From Candidatus Versatilivorator sp. (GTDB lineage Bacteria > Acidobacteriota > Terriglobia > Versatilivoradales > Versatilivoraceae), in assembly GCA_965207735.1 (NCBI GenBank), contig OZ242296.1, positions 3,520,001 to 3,584,000 on the forward strand: a stretch of 64,000 nt of DNA, in the 5' to 3' direction. Shown one piece after another: positions 23,327-33,815 of the stretch. The translations under genes were made by a program, and so were the position numbers. A model generated the notes under the pieces. That model saw only the letters and a program-made list of their open reading frames with translations. It searched no databases and was not told where the DNA came from. Numbering within the stretch: position 1 is the first letter of the stretch; each line of letters opens with the position of its first letter.

Positions 23327-25099
23327 ATGAACAGAGACTTTCTCCTAGCCATTGCTCTTTCCTTCCTCGTTCTGCTGGCGTCCCGCTACTTGCTGGAGCC
23401 CTACTTCCAACCCGAACCTTCCGCGCCAACCGCAGAGGTTGACCGGCCGGGTCCTGAGGGGGACCGGCCGGACCCTGAGCCGGCACCGGCGGCGGCCGTT
23501 CCGCCTATTCCCCGGGATAGGCCGGCACCGGTTCTTGCCGGCACCCGCAAAGCCCTCAGGGAGCAGGCCTACACGGTGGAGACCGACTTGTACAAACTGT
23601 CGTTTTCCAACCGGGGAGCCGTAGTGAAGGAATGGGTGCTGAAGCGTTACCTGGACGCCAATGGCGAACCGCTGAATCTCATCGACGCGGACTCTTCGCC
23701 ACAGGCTGTATTCCCCATGGCCTTGATCGTCGATAATGCGCCGGACGTCTCGGCTCTCCTCCGGTCGGTGCTCTTTCGCAGCGAGTCGCCGGCGAAAGTC
23801 GATCTGACCCACGGTGGAGAAGGCTCGGGAAGCCTGCGATTCGAGTATGCGGAGGGTGGAATCCAGGTGGTGAAGACCATAACCTTCCGGTCGGGCTCTT
23901 ACGAGGTCGAGGTGGATTGCGACGTCTCCGTCAACGGCCGACCGGTGGGTTACTTTCTCCTCTGGCAGGGTGAATTCGGGGATGCCACCCTGGAAAACAC
24001 CTGGGCCAAGCGCCAGGTGTTCTATCGAGGCCAGGAAGGGATCGAACGGATGGAGGCCGGGGACCTCGAGAGCAAGCAGGAGATGGAAGGGCGATTCCGG
24101 TTTCTGGGCGTGGAGGATCACTACTTTGCAGCCGTGTTCCTGCCGGTGGACCCGAGCGGGATCGGCCGTATCCAGTTGGCCCGGGACACCGGAACATCGG
24201 AGCAGGAATCGGAGGAGCTTTTGCTGAGGGCCGGGGTTTACAGTTCGGCGTCAGAAGGCCGCGTCAGACTGTTCGTGGGCCCCAAAGACACCGAGGTGTT
24301 GCCCCAAGAGTTGCGGGATCTTATTGATTATGGGTGGTTTGCCTTCCTGTGCAAGCCCTTGTTCGTCGGGCTGAAGTGGATTTACGGCGTGGTGGGCAAC
24401 TACGGAGTCGCCATTATTCTGCTGACGGTGGTCATCAATGCCGCTCTGTTTCCATTGCGCTACAAGTCAGTCACCGCCTCCCAGAAGATGCAGAAGGTGC
24501 AACCCAGGATCAAGGCCATCCAGGAGAAATACAAGAAGCTCAAGGCAACCGATCCCAAGCGCCAGCAGATGAACGCCGAGGTCATGGCGTTGTACAAGGA
24601 ACACGGTGTGAATCCCTTGGGAGGGTGCTTGCCCCTTTTGCTGCAAATGCCCTTCCTGTTCGCCTTTTACAGCCTGTTGAACGTGGCTATCGAATTGCGG
24701 CAGGCTCCCTTTGTCGCCTGGCTCCATGACTTGTCGGCTCCGGATCCGACCTACGTGCTGCCTGTGCTCATGGTCGGCTCCATGATGTTGACTCAAAAGT
24801 TGACGCCGATGCCGTCGGCGGACCCGTTGCAGGCCAAGATGATGCTCTTCATGCCGTTGATCTTCGGCTTCATGATGGCCACTCAGTCCAGCGGCCTGGT
24901 TCTCTACTGGTTTACCAGCAATCTCGTCAACATATTCCAACAGTTGGCCATGAATCGCTTCGGTCCGGGGGCGCCGGCGAAGCAGGCCGGAGGGTCCGGG
25001 GGGGAAGGCAAGAACGCAGCCAAAGTGGATCAGACGAAGCCCGAGCCCAAAGCGGTTCCCCGCAGGTCCAAGCGAAGAAAAGCGCGGTCGGCGCGTTGA
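23327..25099 (+). CDS. yidC: Membrane protein insertase YidC
   Basis: NYGVAIILLT, GGCLPLLLQMP, WLHDLS, LYW..SN. Confidence 0.97.
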   Translation: MNRDFLLAIALSFLVLLASRYLLEPYFQPEPSAPTAEVDRPGPEGDRPDPEPAPAAAVPPIPRDRPAPVLAGTRKALREQAYTVETDLYKLSFSNRGAVVKEWVLKRYLDANGEPLNLIDADSSPQAVFPMALIVDNAPDVSALLRSVLFRSESPAKVDLTHGGEGSGSLRFEYAEGGIQVVKTITFRSGSYEVEVDCDVSVNGRPVGYFLLWQGEFGDATLENTWAKRQVFYRGQEGIERMEAGDLESKQEMEGRFRFLGVEDHYFAAVFLPVDPSGIGRIQLARDTGTSEQESEELLLRAGVYSSASEGRVRLFVGPKDTEVLPQELRDLIDYGWFAFLCKPLFVGLKWIYGVVGNYGVAIILLTVVINAALFPLRYKSVTASQKMQKVQPRIKAIQEKYKKLKATDPKRQQMNAEVMALYKEHGVNPLGGCLPLLLQMPFLFAFYSLLNVAIELRQAPFVAWLHDLSAPDPTYVLPVLMVGSMMLTQKLTPMPSADPLQAKMMLFMPLIFGFMMATQSSGLVLYWFTSNLVNIFQQLAMNRFGPGAPAKQAGGSGGEGKNAAKVDQTKPEPKAVPRRSKRRKARSAR

Positions 25100-25107
25100 A
25101 GGGCACC

Positions 25108-25533
25108 ATGACTCTACAAGAATTTCTGAACCTTTTCGTTCGATCCGCGGACCTGAAGTTGTCCTTCGAGGTGGTGGAACTGGACACTCAGGTCGAGGTG
25201 AACTTCACTGGAGAAGATCGGGGGATTCTGCTGGCTCGTTCGGCAGCCGTCCTTCAGGCCCTGGAGTCCTTGTGCAACCGCATGTTTGAACGAAGCGGCT
25301 TGCGAATCGTGCTGGATTCCGAGGGATATCGTTCGGTGCGGACCGAGGAACTGCAGCTCATGGCGGTTACCGCCGCCGAGCAGGTGAAGCGCCAGGGCCA
25401 ACCCTTTCCCTTGAGCCCCATGTCTCCGGAGGAACGGCGAATCGTTCACCTGGCCGTGGCCGGAGACGAAGCCATCCGTACCGAAAGCGAGGGATACGGC
25501 GAAGACAGAAGGGTCGTAATCCACCCCAGATAG
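25108..25533 (+). CDS. Jag/KhpB-like KH-R3H RNA-binding protein (short form)
   Basis: PMSPEERRIVH R3H motif, TESEG..RRVVI; synteny after yidC. Confidence 0.88.
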   Translation: MTLQEFLNLFVRSADLKLSFEVVELDTQVEVNFTGEDRGILLARSAAVLQALESLCNRMFERSGLRIVLDSEGYRSVRTEELQLMAVTAAEQVKRQGQPFPLSPMSPEERRIVHLAVAGDEAIRTESEGYGEDRRVVIHPR

Positions 25534-25639
25534 TCGGCAGAACCGCCCCCCCCCGCCTCCCGGGCCGTGGCATCCTCTTGCTCCTATTTCTCTCCAAGGG
25601 CCAGACGCCTCGATTCTCAGCATCTGTCAAGCAGCAATC

Positions 25640-27013
25640 ATGCCCACCTTGATTGACGACACCATCGCCGCCATTGCGACCCCCGTGGGACGGAGCGGCA
25701 TCGGGATGATTCGCTTGAGCGGAGAGGATGCCCGAAGGATCGCGGCGAGGGTCTGTGGCTGTCGGAGCGACAGTCTTCGGGATCGCACCACCAGCTTGCG
25801 CAGGATCAGTCACCCAAGAACGGGAGAGGTGCTGGACCAGGGAATGGTGACCTATTTCAGGGCCCCGAGGTCGTATACTGCCGAAGATGTGGTGGAGCTC
25901 GGCTGTCACGGCAGTCCGGTGGTGCTTGAGGCCGTGATGGCAGTCCTGCTGGAATCCGGCGCCAGATTGGCGACGCCGGGCGAGTTCACCTTGAGGGCCT
26001 TTTTGCGAGGCAGGATCGATCTGGTGCAGGCGGAGGCGATTCGTGACCTGATCGAGGCCAAGACCCTTTATCAGGCTCGAGTGGCGCGCCAGCAGGCGGA
26101 GGGATCGCTATCCCGGCGGTTGAAGCCGATCAAGGAATTGCTGGTGCGGTTGATCTCGCTGCTGGAAGCCGGCATCGACTTTGCAGATGACGACGTACCC
26201 GTTCTGGCGGAGGATGCAATTCAAGAGCAGTTGCAGCCGCTGGTAGCCGGGTTGCAGCAGTTGAAGGCCGGTTTTGGTCGGGGACGGTTGCTGAGCGCGG
26301 GACTTACGGTGGCCGTGGTCGGCCGCACCAACGTGGGCAAGTCTACTCTTTTCAATACGTTGCTCAATCAGGAGCGCGCCATTGTCAACGAGTCTCCAGG
26401 GACGACCCGCGACGTGGTCGCGGAAGAGGCTCAGTTGGGAGGGATTCCGGTACGATGGCTGGACACGGCCGGAATTCGCAGCTCGACGGATCCGGTGGAG
26501 CGGATCGGCATCGACAAGACTCGGGAGGTGCTTGCCGATGCCGACAGGCTGCTGCTGGTGCTGGATGGATCGGTCGATCTCACGGACGAGGACAGGAAGC
26601 TGTTGGAGGAGGTGAAGCAGCAGGCCTGCTGCCTGGTCATCAACAAGATCGACTTGCCACAGCGGTTGCCCGGAGAAGGGATGGGGCCTGTCGAGGCGCC
26701 CGTGGTCCGGGTTTCCGCCTTGACCGGTGAAGGGGTGGAAGCCTTGAAGCAGGTGCTGGTTGAGGATCTGGGCCAAGGGAAAGCCATGCAGCAGGAAGGG
26801 ACCCTGGTCACCAATTTCCGCCAGCAGCAAAGGATTGGCGAGGCATTGAAAGCTTTGAAGAGAGCGGGGACTGCTGTCGAGCGAGGGTTGCCGCACGAAG
26901 TGATATTGCTGGACTTGCATGGAGCCTTGATCTCGCTGAACGAACTGACGGGAGAGACGGGGATTGAAGACATTCTGGGTCGCATCTTTCAAACCTTCTG
27001 TGTGGGCAAGTGA
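25640..27013 (+). CDS. mnmE: tRNA modification GTPase MnmE
   Basis: DTIAAIATP, GRTNVGKST, GTTRD, DTAG, NKID, FCVGK. Confidence 0.98.
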   Translation: MPTLIDDTIAAIATPVGRSGIGMIRLSGEDARRIAARVCGCRSDSLRDRTTSLRRISHPRTGEVLDQGMVTYFRAPRSYTAEDVVELGCHGSPVVLEAVMAVLLESGARLATPGEFTLRAFLRGRIDLVQAEAIRDLIEAKTLYQARVARQQAEGSLSRRLKPIKELLVRLISLLEAGIDFADDDVPVLAEDAIQEQLQPLVAGLQQLKAGFGRGRLLSAGLTVAVVGRTNVGKSTLFNTLLNQERAIVNESPGTTRDVVAEEAQLGGIPVRWLDTAGIRSSTDPVERIGIDKTREVLADADRLLLVLDGSVDLTDEDRKLLEEVKQQACCLVINKIDLPQRLPGEGMGPVEAPVVRVSALTGEGVEALKQVLVEDLGQGKAMQQEGTLVTNFRQQQRIGEALKALKRAGTAVERGLPHEVILLDLHGALISLNELTGETGIEDILGRIFQTFCVGK

Positions 27014-27043
27014 ACCGGAGGAAACACCAGGCGGAGACTCGTG

Positions 27044-28897
27044 ATGGGTGACAGCACGTTTCAAGACCATGATGTGGTGGTGATCGGCGGCGGTCATGCC
27101 GGCGTGGAAGCGGCGGTGGCGGCTGCCCGGATGGGCTTGGACACCGCGCTTTACACCATGAATGCGGACCTCATCGCTCAGATGTCCTGCAATCCAGCCA
27201 TCGGGGGCATCGCCAAGGGCCATCTGGTGCGTGAGCTGGATGCGATGGGCGGCGTTATGGGAGAGGTGATCGATCGCACAGGGATTCAGTTTCGGTTGTT
27301 GAACCGCAGCCGAGGCCCGGCCGTGTGGTCGCCTCGAGCCCAGGCTGACAAGCAGAGATATCGTGTCGCCATGCGGCGGCTGCTTGAAGGGGAGGCCCGC
27401 CTGGGGATCAAGCAGGCCGAGGTGGTGGAGATTCTGCGAGAGAACGGGCAAGTCAGGGGAGTCGAGCTGGCAGATGGCCGGCGAGTGGGTGCTCGAGCCG
27501 TGGTGTTGACGACCGGCACCTTCTTGAACGGGCTGATTCATATCGGCGAGCGGAAGAGTGCGGCCGGCCGCAGCGGGGAATCTCCTTCAGTGCCGCTGGC
27601 CGAATCGATCAAGGGCATGGGTTTCGGTTGGGGGCGTATGAAGACGGGGACGCCACCGCGGCTGGATGGACGAACGATCGACTTCGGCCTGGCCGAGGAG
27701 CAGAAGGGGGATGAGGACCCCACCCCCTTCTCGTTTAGAACCAAGGAGATCCGCCATCCTCAGGTGTCCTGCTACATCGCCTACAGCAATGATCGTACTC
27801 ACCGGGTCGTCCGGGAAAATCTGAGCCGATCCCCGCTCTATAGTGGACGGATTCAGTCGATCGGCCCTCGCTACTGTCCCTCCTTCGAGGACAAGGTGGT
27901 GAAATTCCCGGAGCGGCCAAGGCATCAGATTTTTCTGGAGCCGGAAGGCCTCTCCACCAATGAGATTTATGTCAATGGCCTCTCCACCAGCATGCCGCCG
28001 GATGTCCAGATGGCGATGGTCCGCTCGATCCGGGGCTTGGAAGAGGCAGAGCTGATCCGGCCGGGGTACGCCATTGAATATGACTACGTGGATCCCCGAG
28101 AGCTGTTTCCGTCCCTGCAAACCAAGCGTGTGGCCGGATTGTTTCATGCCGGCCAGATCAACGGCACCACCGGCTACGAGGAGGCTGCCTGCCAGGGGCT
28201 CATGGCCGGGATCAACGCGGCCCGATGGGTCAGAGGAGAGGAACCGGTCGTGCTGGGGAGGGACGAGGCCTATATTGGGATCCTCATCGATGACCTGGTT
28301 ACCAAGGGAACCGACGAACCCTATCGAATGTTCACTTCCCGTGCCGAGTTCCGGCTGCAGTTGAGAATTGACAATGCGGATCGCAGGCTGACCCCTCTTG
28401 GCGGGAAGCTGGGACTGGTCGGGGCAGAGGCTCTGGCCGAATACGAGTCCAAGCAGAAGCGCATGGAACGGTTGGGAGACTTTCTGAAGGAAGTGCGAGT
28501 CCGGGTAGAAAACGGCAGGATTTCCGCAAGAGAAGCCCTGAAGCGCACGGAATTCCGCATCGAGCAGTTTGTGTCGGGATTGCCCGGAGGCCTGCGGACT
28601 GACCTGAACCCGGAAGAAATGCGCAGCGTGGAGACGGAGATCAAGTATGAGGGGTACCTGCGGCAGCAGAGAGCGGACATCGAAAAGATGAGACGGGCTT
28701 CGTCCAGGGTGCTGCCGGCGAATTTCGAGTATGGGAACGTCGCCGGCCTTTCCCTGGAGATCGTGGAAAAGCTCTCCCGCATCCGGCCGGTGACCATCGG
28801 TCAGGCCAGCCGGATTCCGGGGATGACGCCGGCGGCCCTTTCGATCATCCACGTCCACCTGGAGCTCGAACGGCGCAAGAAAGAAGCGAGGGCGTAG
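27044..28897 (+). CDS. mnmG: tRNA modification enzyme MnmG
   Basis: [34 protein letters not shown]. Confidence 0.98.
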   Translation: MGDSTFQDHDVVVIGGGHAGVEAAVAAARMGLDTALYTMNADLIAQMSCNPAIGGIAKGHLVRELDAMGGVMGEVIDRTGIQFRLLNRSRGPAVWSPRAQADKQRYRVAMRRLLEGEARLGIKQAEVVEILRENGQVRGVELADGRRVGARAVVLTTGTFLNGLIHIGERKSAAGRSGESPSVPLAESIKGMGFGWGRMKTGTPPRLDGRTIDFGLAEEQKGDEDPTPFSFRTKEIRHPQVSCYIAYSNDRTHRVVRENLSRSPLYSGRIQSIGPRYCPSFEDKVVKFPERPRHQIFLEPEGLSTNEIYVNGLSTSMPPDVQMAMVRSIRGLEEAELIRPGYAIEYDYVDPRELFPSLQTKRVAGLFHAGQINGTTGYEEAACQGLMAGINAARWVRGEEPVVLGRDEAYIGILIDDLVTKGTDEPYRMFTSRAEFRLQLRIDNADRRLTPLGGKLGLVGAEALAEYESKQKRMERLGDFLKEVRVRVENGRISAREALKRTEFRIEQFVSGLPGGLRTDLNPEEMRSVETEIKYEGYLRQQRADIEKMRRASSRVLPANFEYGNVAGLSLEIVEKLSRIRPVTIGQASRIPGMTPAALSIIHVHLELERRKKEARA

Positions 28898-28904
28898 GCA
28901 AGGA

Positions 28905-29564
28905 ATGGCAGTCGGGGATTTCTCTGAGGGCCAGGGAGTGGAGTCCCTTCTGGGCCGATGGGGCATTGAGTGCAAAGGGCTGACGGCGGCCAGGGTGGAA
29001 GCCTACCTGGATCTGTTGGAGCAGTGGAACCGTAAGGTAAACCTGACAGGAATTCGAGGCCGGACGGAGATACTGCGTGACCTGTTCGCGGAGTCGTTCC
29101 TGGCGGCCCCATTGCTGGCCGAAGAGGACGGACCCCTGTTGGACGTGGGCTCCGGGGCAGGATTCCCTGGGATGGCATTGAAGATTTTTCGGCCGGAACT
29201 CTCGGTTTATCTCTTGGAGCCTCGCGCAAAGCGGGCCGGCTTTCTGGAGACGGTTCGTCGCCGGCTAGGCCTGGAGGGCGTGTTTGTGATGCGCAAACGG
29301 CTGGAGGAGTGTCTGCCGTCCGATTTCGTCCTCTCCCCCCGCACGGTGACGCTGCGCGGCCTGGGGGCTGTTGGCGTCAAGCTGGCTTGCTGCGACAGGC
29401 TGATCCAGGGCAGGGTGAAGTTGGTGCTGTTCACTACCAGAAGGATATGGGATGCGGAGGTCCGGCCATTGCCGGGCGTGGATTGGTCGGTTCCTGTCCG
29501 GGTTCCCTGGAGCCGGCAGCGCCTGTTGGTGAGTGGCACCAGGGAAAACCAATGTTCCACGTGA
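28905..29564 (+). CDS. rsmG: 16S rRNA m7G527 methyltransferase
   Basis: WNRKVNLT, LDVGSGAGFPG; synteny. Confidence 0.93.
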   Translation: MAVGDFSEGQGVESLLGRWGIECKGLTAARVEAYLDLLEQWNRKVNLTGIRGRTEILRDLFAESFLAAPLLAEEDGPLLDVGSGAGFPGMALKIFRPELSVYLLEPRAKRAGFLETVRRRLGLEGVFVMRKRLEECLPSDFVLSPRTVTLRGLGAVGVKLACCDRLIQGRVKLVLFTTRRIWDAEVRPLPGVDWSVPVRVPWSRQRLLVSGTRENQCST

Positions 29565-29568
29565 AACA
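29553..29568. promoter_or_regulatory. parS site 1 (overlaps the rsmG stop codon)
   Basis: TGTTCCACGTGAAACA, one mismatch from the TGTTTCACGTGAAACA consensus. Confidence 0.93.
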
Positions 29569-29600
29569 TTGGGACAGCGGAAACCCAGTTAAGGAGTCAA

Positions 29601-29616
29601 TGTTCCACGTGAAACA
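29601..29616. promoter_or_regulatory. parS site 2
   Basis: TGTTCCACGTGAAACA directly upstream of parAB. Confidence 0.93.
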
Positions 29617-29748
29617 TCCGGGCGGCGGAGGATGAATCGGTTGAGTTTTACCGGTGGTTCTGCTAGTAGTTGCCTGCTTCCAACCTGTCCAGGCGGGAAA
29701 GGCTCGCACTCCGAACTCCTTCAGTTGTTCTGAACTCAAGGGGCCCCC

Positions 29749-30534
29749 TTGGCGAAAGTCATCGCCATCGCCAACCAAAAGGGTGGTGTCGGGAAAACCA
29801 CCACCGGCATTAACCTGGCCGCATCCCTGGCCGCAGCCGAGATGAAAACGCTGCTGGTGGACTGCGACCCCCAAGCCAATGCCACCAGCGGCCTGGGTTT
29901 TCCCAAAAGCGCCTCCAGAAAGAGCCTTTATCATCTCCTGTCGGGAGAGATCCGCTGGCAACAGGGGGTGCTCCAAACCGAACTGGAGGGGATGGATATT
30001 GTTCCTGCCGATCAGAACCTGACCGGTGCATTGGTGGAACTGGTGGAGGTCGACCGTCGCGAGTTCCGCTTGAAAGAGGCGATCAAGCCCCTCCGCAGGA
30101 AATACCAATATGTCCTGCTCGATTGTCCCCCCTCACTGAATCTCTTGACCCTCAATGCTTTGGTGGCGGCAGACTCCATCCTGATTCCCATCCAGTGCGA
30201 GTACTTTGCCTTGGAAGGAGTGTCGGAGATGTTGGAGACGATGGTCCAGGTTCGCCGGCAATGGAATCCGGGCTTGTCGGTGGAAGGGTTTCTCTTGACC
30301 ATGTTCGATGAGCGCACCAATCTCAGCCGACAGGTGGCCGCGGACCTGCGCGCCTTCTTCGCGGGCCAGGTGTTCCGGACCGTCATCCCGAGGAATGTCC
30401 GGCTGGCGGAAGCGCCCAGCCACGGGAAACCCATCATTCTTTACGATGTGAAGTCCAAGGGAGCCGGCAGCTATATACAATTGGCTCTGGAGGTGATCGA
30501 TCATGGCAAGAAAGGCGCTCGGAAGGGGAATTAG
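29749..30534 (+). CDS. parA: Chromosome partitioning ATPase ParA/Soj
   Basis: NQKGGVGKTT, DCDPQANAT, DCPPSL, PRNVRLAEAPSHG. Confidence 0.97.
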   Translation: MAKVIAIANQKGGVGKTTTGINLAASLAAAEMKTLLVDCDPQANATSGLGFPKSASRKSLYHLLSGEIRWQQGVLQTELEGMDIVPADQNLTGALVELVEVDRREFRLKEAIKPLRRKYQYVLLDCPPSLNLLTLNALVAADSILIPIQCEYFALEGVSEMLETMVQVRRQWNPGLSVEGFLLTMFDERTNLSRQVAADLRAFFAGQVFRTVIPRNVRLAEAPSHGKPIILYDVKSKGAGSYIQLALEVIDHGKKGARKGN

Positions 30535-31351
30535 CGCGCTGCTGGGTGCGGCCAAGCCCGAGGTGGATTCGAGCTTGCGAGAACTGGAGGTGGCATTGCT
30601 GGAACCCAATCCCTTCCAGACTCGAGAGATCTTTGACAAGGACAGGTTGCGGGAGTTGGCGCGCTCCCTGGAGGTGAACGGATTCGTTCAGCCCATCGCG
30701 GTTCGCCAGGTCGGGGACCGTTTTCAGATCATCGCGGGTGAACGGCGTTGGCGGGCGGCCCAACTCCTGGGGCTGCGCAAGATTCCGGCCGTTGTCAGGC
30801 CTCTTGACGACGACCAGTTGATGCAAGCCGCCCTGATCGAGAATCTGCAGCGAGAAAACCTCAATCCAATGGAGGAAGCCCGCGCCTACTCTCGTCTGGC
30901 CAACGAATTCGGATTGACTCAGGAGGAAGTTGCCCGCAGGACCGGCAAGGAGCGCTCGACCGTGACCAACTTCTTGCGGCTGTTAAAGTTGCCGGCTCCG
31001 GTGCAGGGGTTGGTCAAGGGGGGGAAACTCTCCATGGGCCATGCCAGGGCGCTGCTGGCCCTGGACGACCCCCAGGCTCAGCAACTTCTGGCTGCCCAGG
31101 CATCGACGCGGGGATGGTCGGTTCGGCGGATCGAAAGGCTGATTGCGCAACAAAAGAAGTCCACCGGGAAAACGAAGGAGAAGGAAGGGAAGGGGCTGGA
31201 TCCGAATGTCAAGGCCGCCGCGGCCAAGCTGGAGACATCCCTGGGGACCAGGGTGCGTATCGTCTCCGACGGCAACCGCGGCCGGATCGAAATTGAATAC
31301 TACTCCCAAGAGGAACTGCAACGGCTCTATCAGCGCTTGCTCACTAATTAG
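30503..31351 (+). CDS. parB: Chromosome partitioning protein ParB
   Basis: KALGRG, AGERRWRA, ENLQRENL, HTH. Confidence 0.97.
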   Translation: MARKALGRGISALLGAAKPEVDSSLRELEVALLEPNPFQTREIFDKDRLRELARSLEVNGFVQPIAVRQVGDRFQIIAGERRWRAAQLLGLRKIPAVVRPLDDDQLMQAALIENLQRENLNPMEEARAYSRLANEFGLTQEEVARRTGKERSTVTNFLRLLKLPAPVQGLVKGGKLSMGHARALLALDDPQAQQLLAAQASTRGWSVRRIERLIAQQKKSTGKTKEKEGKGLDPNVKAAAAKLETSLGTRVRIVSDGNRGRIEIEYYSQEELQRLYQRLLTN

Positions 31352-32063
31352 GCTCTGATCGTGCCGCGCGGGCGGGGCGAAACTCGGCGACGGAAGCCGG
31401 GATGGCTAGGTCCTGGACAAATTTCATTCGAAAAACCGTTCCGGCCGGCAGGCGGATCTCCCTGCCACGGGTCAGCAGGATCCCCACGATGGCCCCTGCA
31501 ACAGGTCCCGCGATGGCAGCTCCCAGACTGCCTGTCGTAATGGCGATTGGGATCGAGGCCATGGACCCGATCGACGCGCCCTGCTGAGCCTTTCCCAAAT
31601 CGTGGCCGATGTCCCGGTTGGCTTTCAGCTTGCCTTCCTCGTCGGCTCGAATCTTCTCGTCCAGGAGAATATCGTCGGCTGCATCCACCGACACGGCGAT
31701 CGGTTCCGTCCCGTAGTGTGTCTCCAACCCATTCATCAGAGCGTATAGCTGGGCTTTTCCCTTCACTCTTCCAGGCCGCTTGACGAGAGTCACCCGCCCG
31801 GAGAGTTCCACGCCTCGAGGCAGCACGTGCTCCTCATCGATTCGCAGCGGCTCATACAGTGTCCAGTAGAGATGGTCGCCTTTTTCCGAGAGCTTGGTGC
31901 TGACCGGCGTCTGCAAGGAGGCTTTGAACCGGGTTCCGGCCTGAATGGTGAGCCTTTGCTCTGGTGCGGCGCTACGAGCGGAGGGGGTTTGGGCAGCCAG
32001 CCCCAGCGGTTGATGGAGGGCCAGCAGAATTGCAAGAGCCCCAAGAGCGAGTTCTCTTCTCAT
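31344..32063 (-). CDS. Secreted TrbI/VirB10-like domain protein
   Basis: Signal peptide; IQAGT..LQTP.S, RPGRVKGKA, glycine zipper, TRG.E..LPAGT. Confidence 0.7.
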   Translation of the reverse strand: MRRELALGALAILLALHQPLGLAAQTPSARSAAPEQRLTIQAGTRFKASLQTPVSTKLSEKGDHLYWTLYEPLRIDEEHVLPRGVELSGRVTLVKRPGRVKGKAQLYALMNGLETHYGTEPIAVSVDAADDILLDEKIRADEEGKLKANRDIGHDLGKAQQGASIGSMASIPIAITTGSLGAAIAGPVAGAIVGILLTRGREIRLPAGTVFRMKFVQDLAIPASVAEFRPARAARSEPN

Positions 32064-32110
32064 GACGGTCTCCCGATGCGTCAGTGGCTGATTGGAAAAA
32101 GATTCCGAGC

Positions 32111-32827
32111 CTACTTTAACTCGATATCGAAATATAATAATTTTTGTTTAGTTCTATTGTTTTCTACGTCAGAAATAATTATTTTATAGCTGGCCAACCA
32201 TGACATCGTTCGAAAATCGCTCAAGCGCCGACTCTTGGGAAGCTGGAAAAAAACAAAACCCCAAGCCGTGGCCCTGGGGCGAATGCGGCGCTTGAGCGAT
32301 TTTCGAATGATGTCGTCCTCGATTTCGAGAATCTGTTTTTCCACGCGGCTCAGGCCCCTGCCAAAGGGGGACCTTGGCCGGGGAGTCGTGCCGAGACCCC
32401 ACCGGCGACGACGGTCTTGTCTCAGGATCATGTCTACCACTTCTTTGGGCGGCAGGGCCTGCAGAGACCCATATTGGGGATCCAGCAAGGTGATGCTCGC
32501 GCGGTCGACGGAAAGCGCGTCAGAGCCCTGGTTGCTGATGATGAGGTTGATCGGAACCAACCCCAGTTTGGCGAGTCCTTTCACGTCGAAGGCGGTCCGT
32601 ATCCTGGTCTCCGATAGATAGGGGTCGGCGGCGATGGTCACCGGCCCCTGGCTTTGACGAGAGGCGTAGCCTTCCACCGGGCCGACCTTGACGGCCAGAT
32701 TCTTGTAGTCCCCCCAAGCCGACCACGCCGGCAGCAAGCACCAGAGGAAGAGAAAAGAAACTTGGCGGAGGGCGGTTCGTCCGTCCGGGCGGCGATGCGG
32801 CATTCCGATGGCCCCGATCCCTTTCAT
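32111..32827 (-). CDS. Hypothetical exported protein containing a 29-bp inverted repeat
   Basis: 238-aa ORF with signal-like segment (FLFLWCLLPAWSAWG), co-oriented with neighbours. Confidence 0.75.
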   Translation of the reverse strand: MKGIGAIGMPHRRPDGRTALRQVSFLFLWCLLPAWSAWGDYKNLAVKVGPVEGYASRQSQGPVTIAADPYLSETRIRTAFDVKGLAKLGLVPINLIISNQGSDALSVDRASITLLDPQYGSLQALPPKEVVDMILRQDRRRRWGLGTTPRPRSPFGRGLSRVEKQILEIEDDIIRKSLKRRIRPRATAWGFVFFQLPKSRRLSDFRTMSWLASYKIIISDVENNRTKQKLLYFDIELK

Positions 32828-32834
32828 GAGTCCG

Positions 32835-32850
32835 AGCCCGCATTTCTCCC
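32835..32850 (+). repeat. Solo degenerate MITE TIR
   Basis: AGCCCGCATTTCTCCC versus TIR AGCCCGCATTTCTCAC. Confidence 0.6.
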
Positions 32851-32942
32851 GGGGTCGCCGGCAACCAGCAGGCTGGGGTTCCTCTCTCCTGATGCCGGGT
32901 TGGGGTTGCGGGATGCTTCATTATACCCGGTTCCGCACGAGG

Positions 32943-33785
32943 TCAGGGCAACGGGGAGTCCAGGCCCTGCAGAACGCCCTGAAGATAACCGATGGCTCTG
33001 GCCGCTGCCGTGCTTCCGTCGGGCCTGTATTCGAAGGGTTCCACCGATACCAGGCCTTCGTACCGGTGCCGCCGCAGGGCTTGCAGGATCGGGCCGAAGT
33101 TGAGGTCACCCTGGCCCGGAGCCAGCCCGCTGGGATCGTTCAGGTGCACGTGGGCGATGGCTCCCGAAGGAAGCCATCGATCCACCAACTGCGGGAGGGA
33201 GGCCGATTCCGAGTGAGACGCGGCCCGGGTGTCGAGCATGGTGCGCAGCGAGGGGTTGCCCACGGCCTCCATCATGTCGACGGCCACGCCGATGGTGTTG
33301 ATGAAGTTGGTGTCGTGCGCCGCCAAGGGCTCGATGCAGTAGACGACGCCGGCTTGAGAGGCCCGGCCGGCGATGGTTGTCCAGAGATCGCGGGCACGAT
33401 TCCAGGCTTCCAGGGGATCGTCGTGCGCCGCCACCTGGCGTTGCTTGGGAGAGCCGTGAACCAGCACCCTGCCGCCGAGGTCGGCGCAAAGGTCGACGAG
33501 TCGCCGGAGGACATCGACGGTCGTCTGGCGGAGGGCGGGGTCGGCAGCGGTGATCGACAGTCCCGGTGGTGTCAGAAGCAACCAGTGGAGACCGGTGATG
33601 GATATGCCGGCATCGGCAGCCGCCCGGCGGAGCTGGGTCCGTTGGTCGGCCGAGAGGAGATGAGGTTCCTCTCCCAGGGTGAAGGGAGCCAGCTCCAGAC
33701 CGCTATACCCGAGCGCCGCGACCTGTTCGCACTGGGCCGGGAACGTCAGGTCTCGGAGGACTTCGTTGCAGAGTGCGAATTTCAT
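32943..33785 (-). CDS. Sugar phosphate isomerase/epimerase (D-tagatose/psicose 3-epimerase-like)
   Basis: GLELAP, IEPL, LDT, HVHLND, PGQG, SVEPF. Confidence 0.88.
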   Translation of the reverse strand: MKFALCNEVLRDLTFPAQCEQVAALGYSGLELAPFTLGEEPHLLSADQRTQLRRAAADAGISITGLHWLLLTPPGLSITAADPALRQTTVDVLRRLVDLCADLGGRVLVHGSPKQRQVAAHDDPLEAWNRARDLWTTIAGRASQAGVVYCIEPLAAHDTNFINTIGVAVDMMEAVGNPSLRTMLDTRAASHSESASLPQLVDRWLPSGAIAHVHLNDPSGLAPGQGDLNFGPILQALRRHRYEGLVSVEPFEYRPDGSTAAARAIGYLQGVLQGLDSPLP

Positions 33786-33815
33786 CCAGGTTCTCCTTGG
33801 GGGGCGCCGTGCCTT

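Noticed and set aside
29549-29620. Two 20-bp direct repeats 48 bp apart as a mini-CRISPR
   Set aside because: They are parS palindromes beside parAB; no cas genes.
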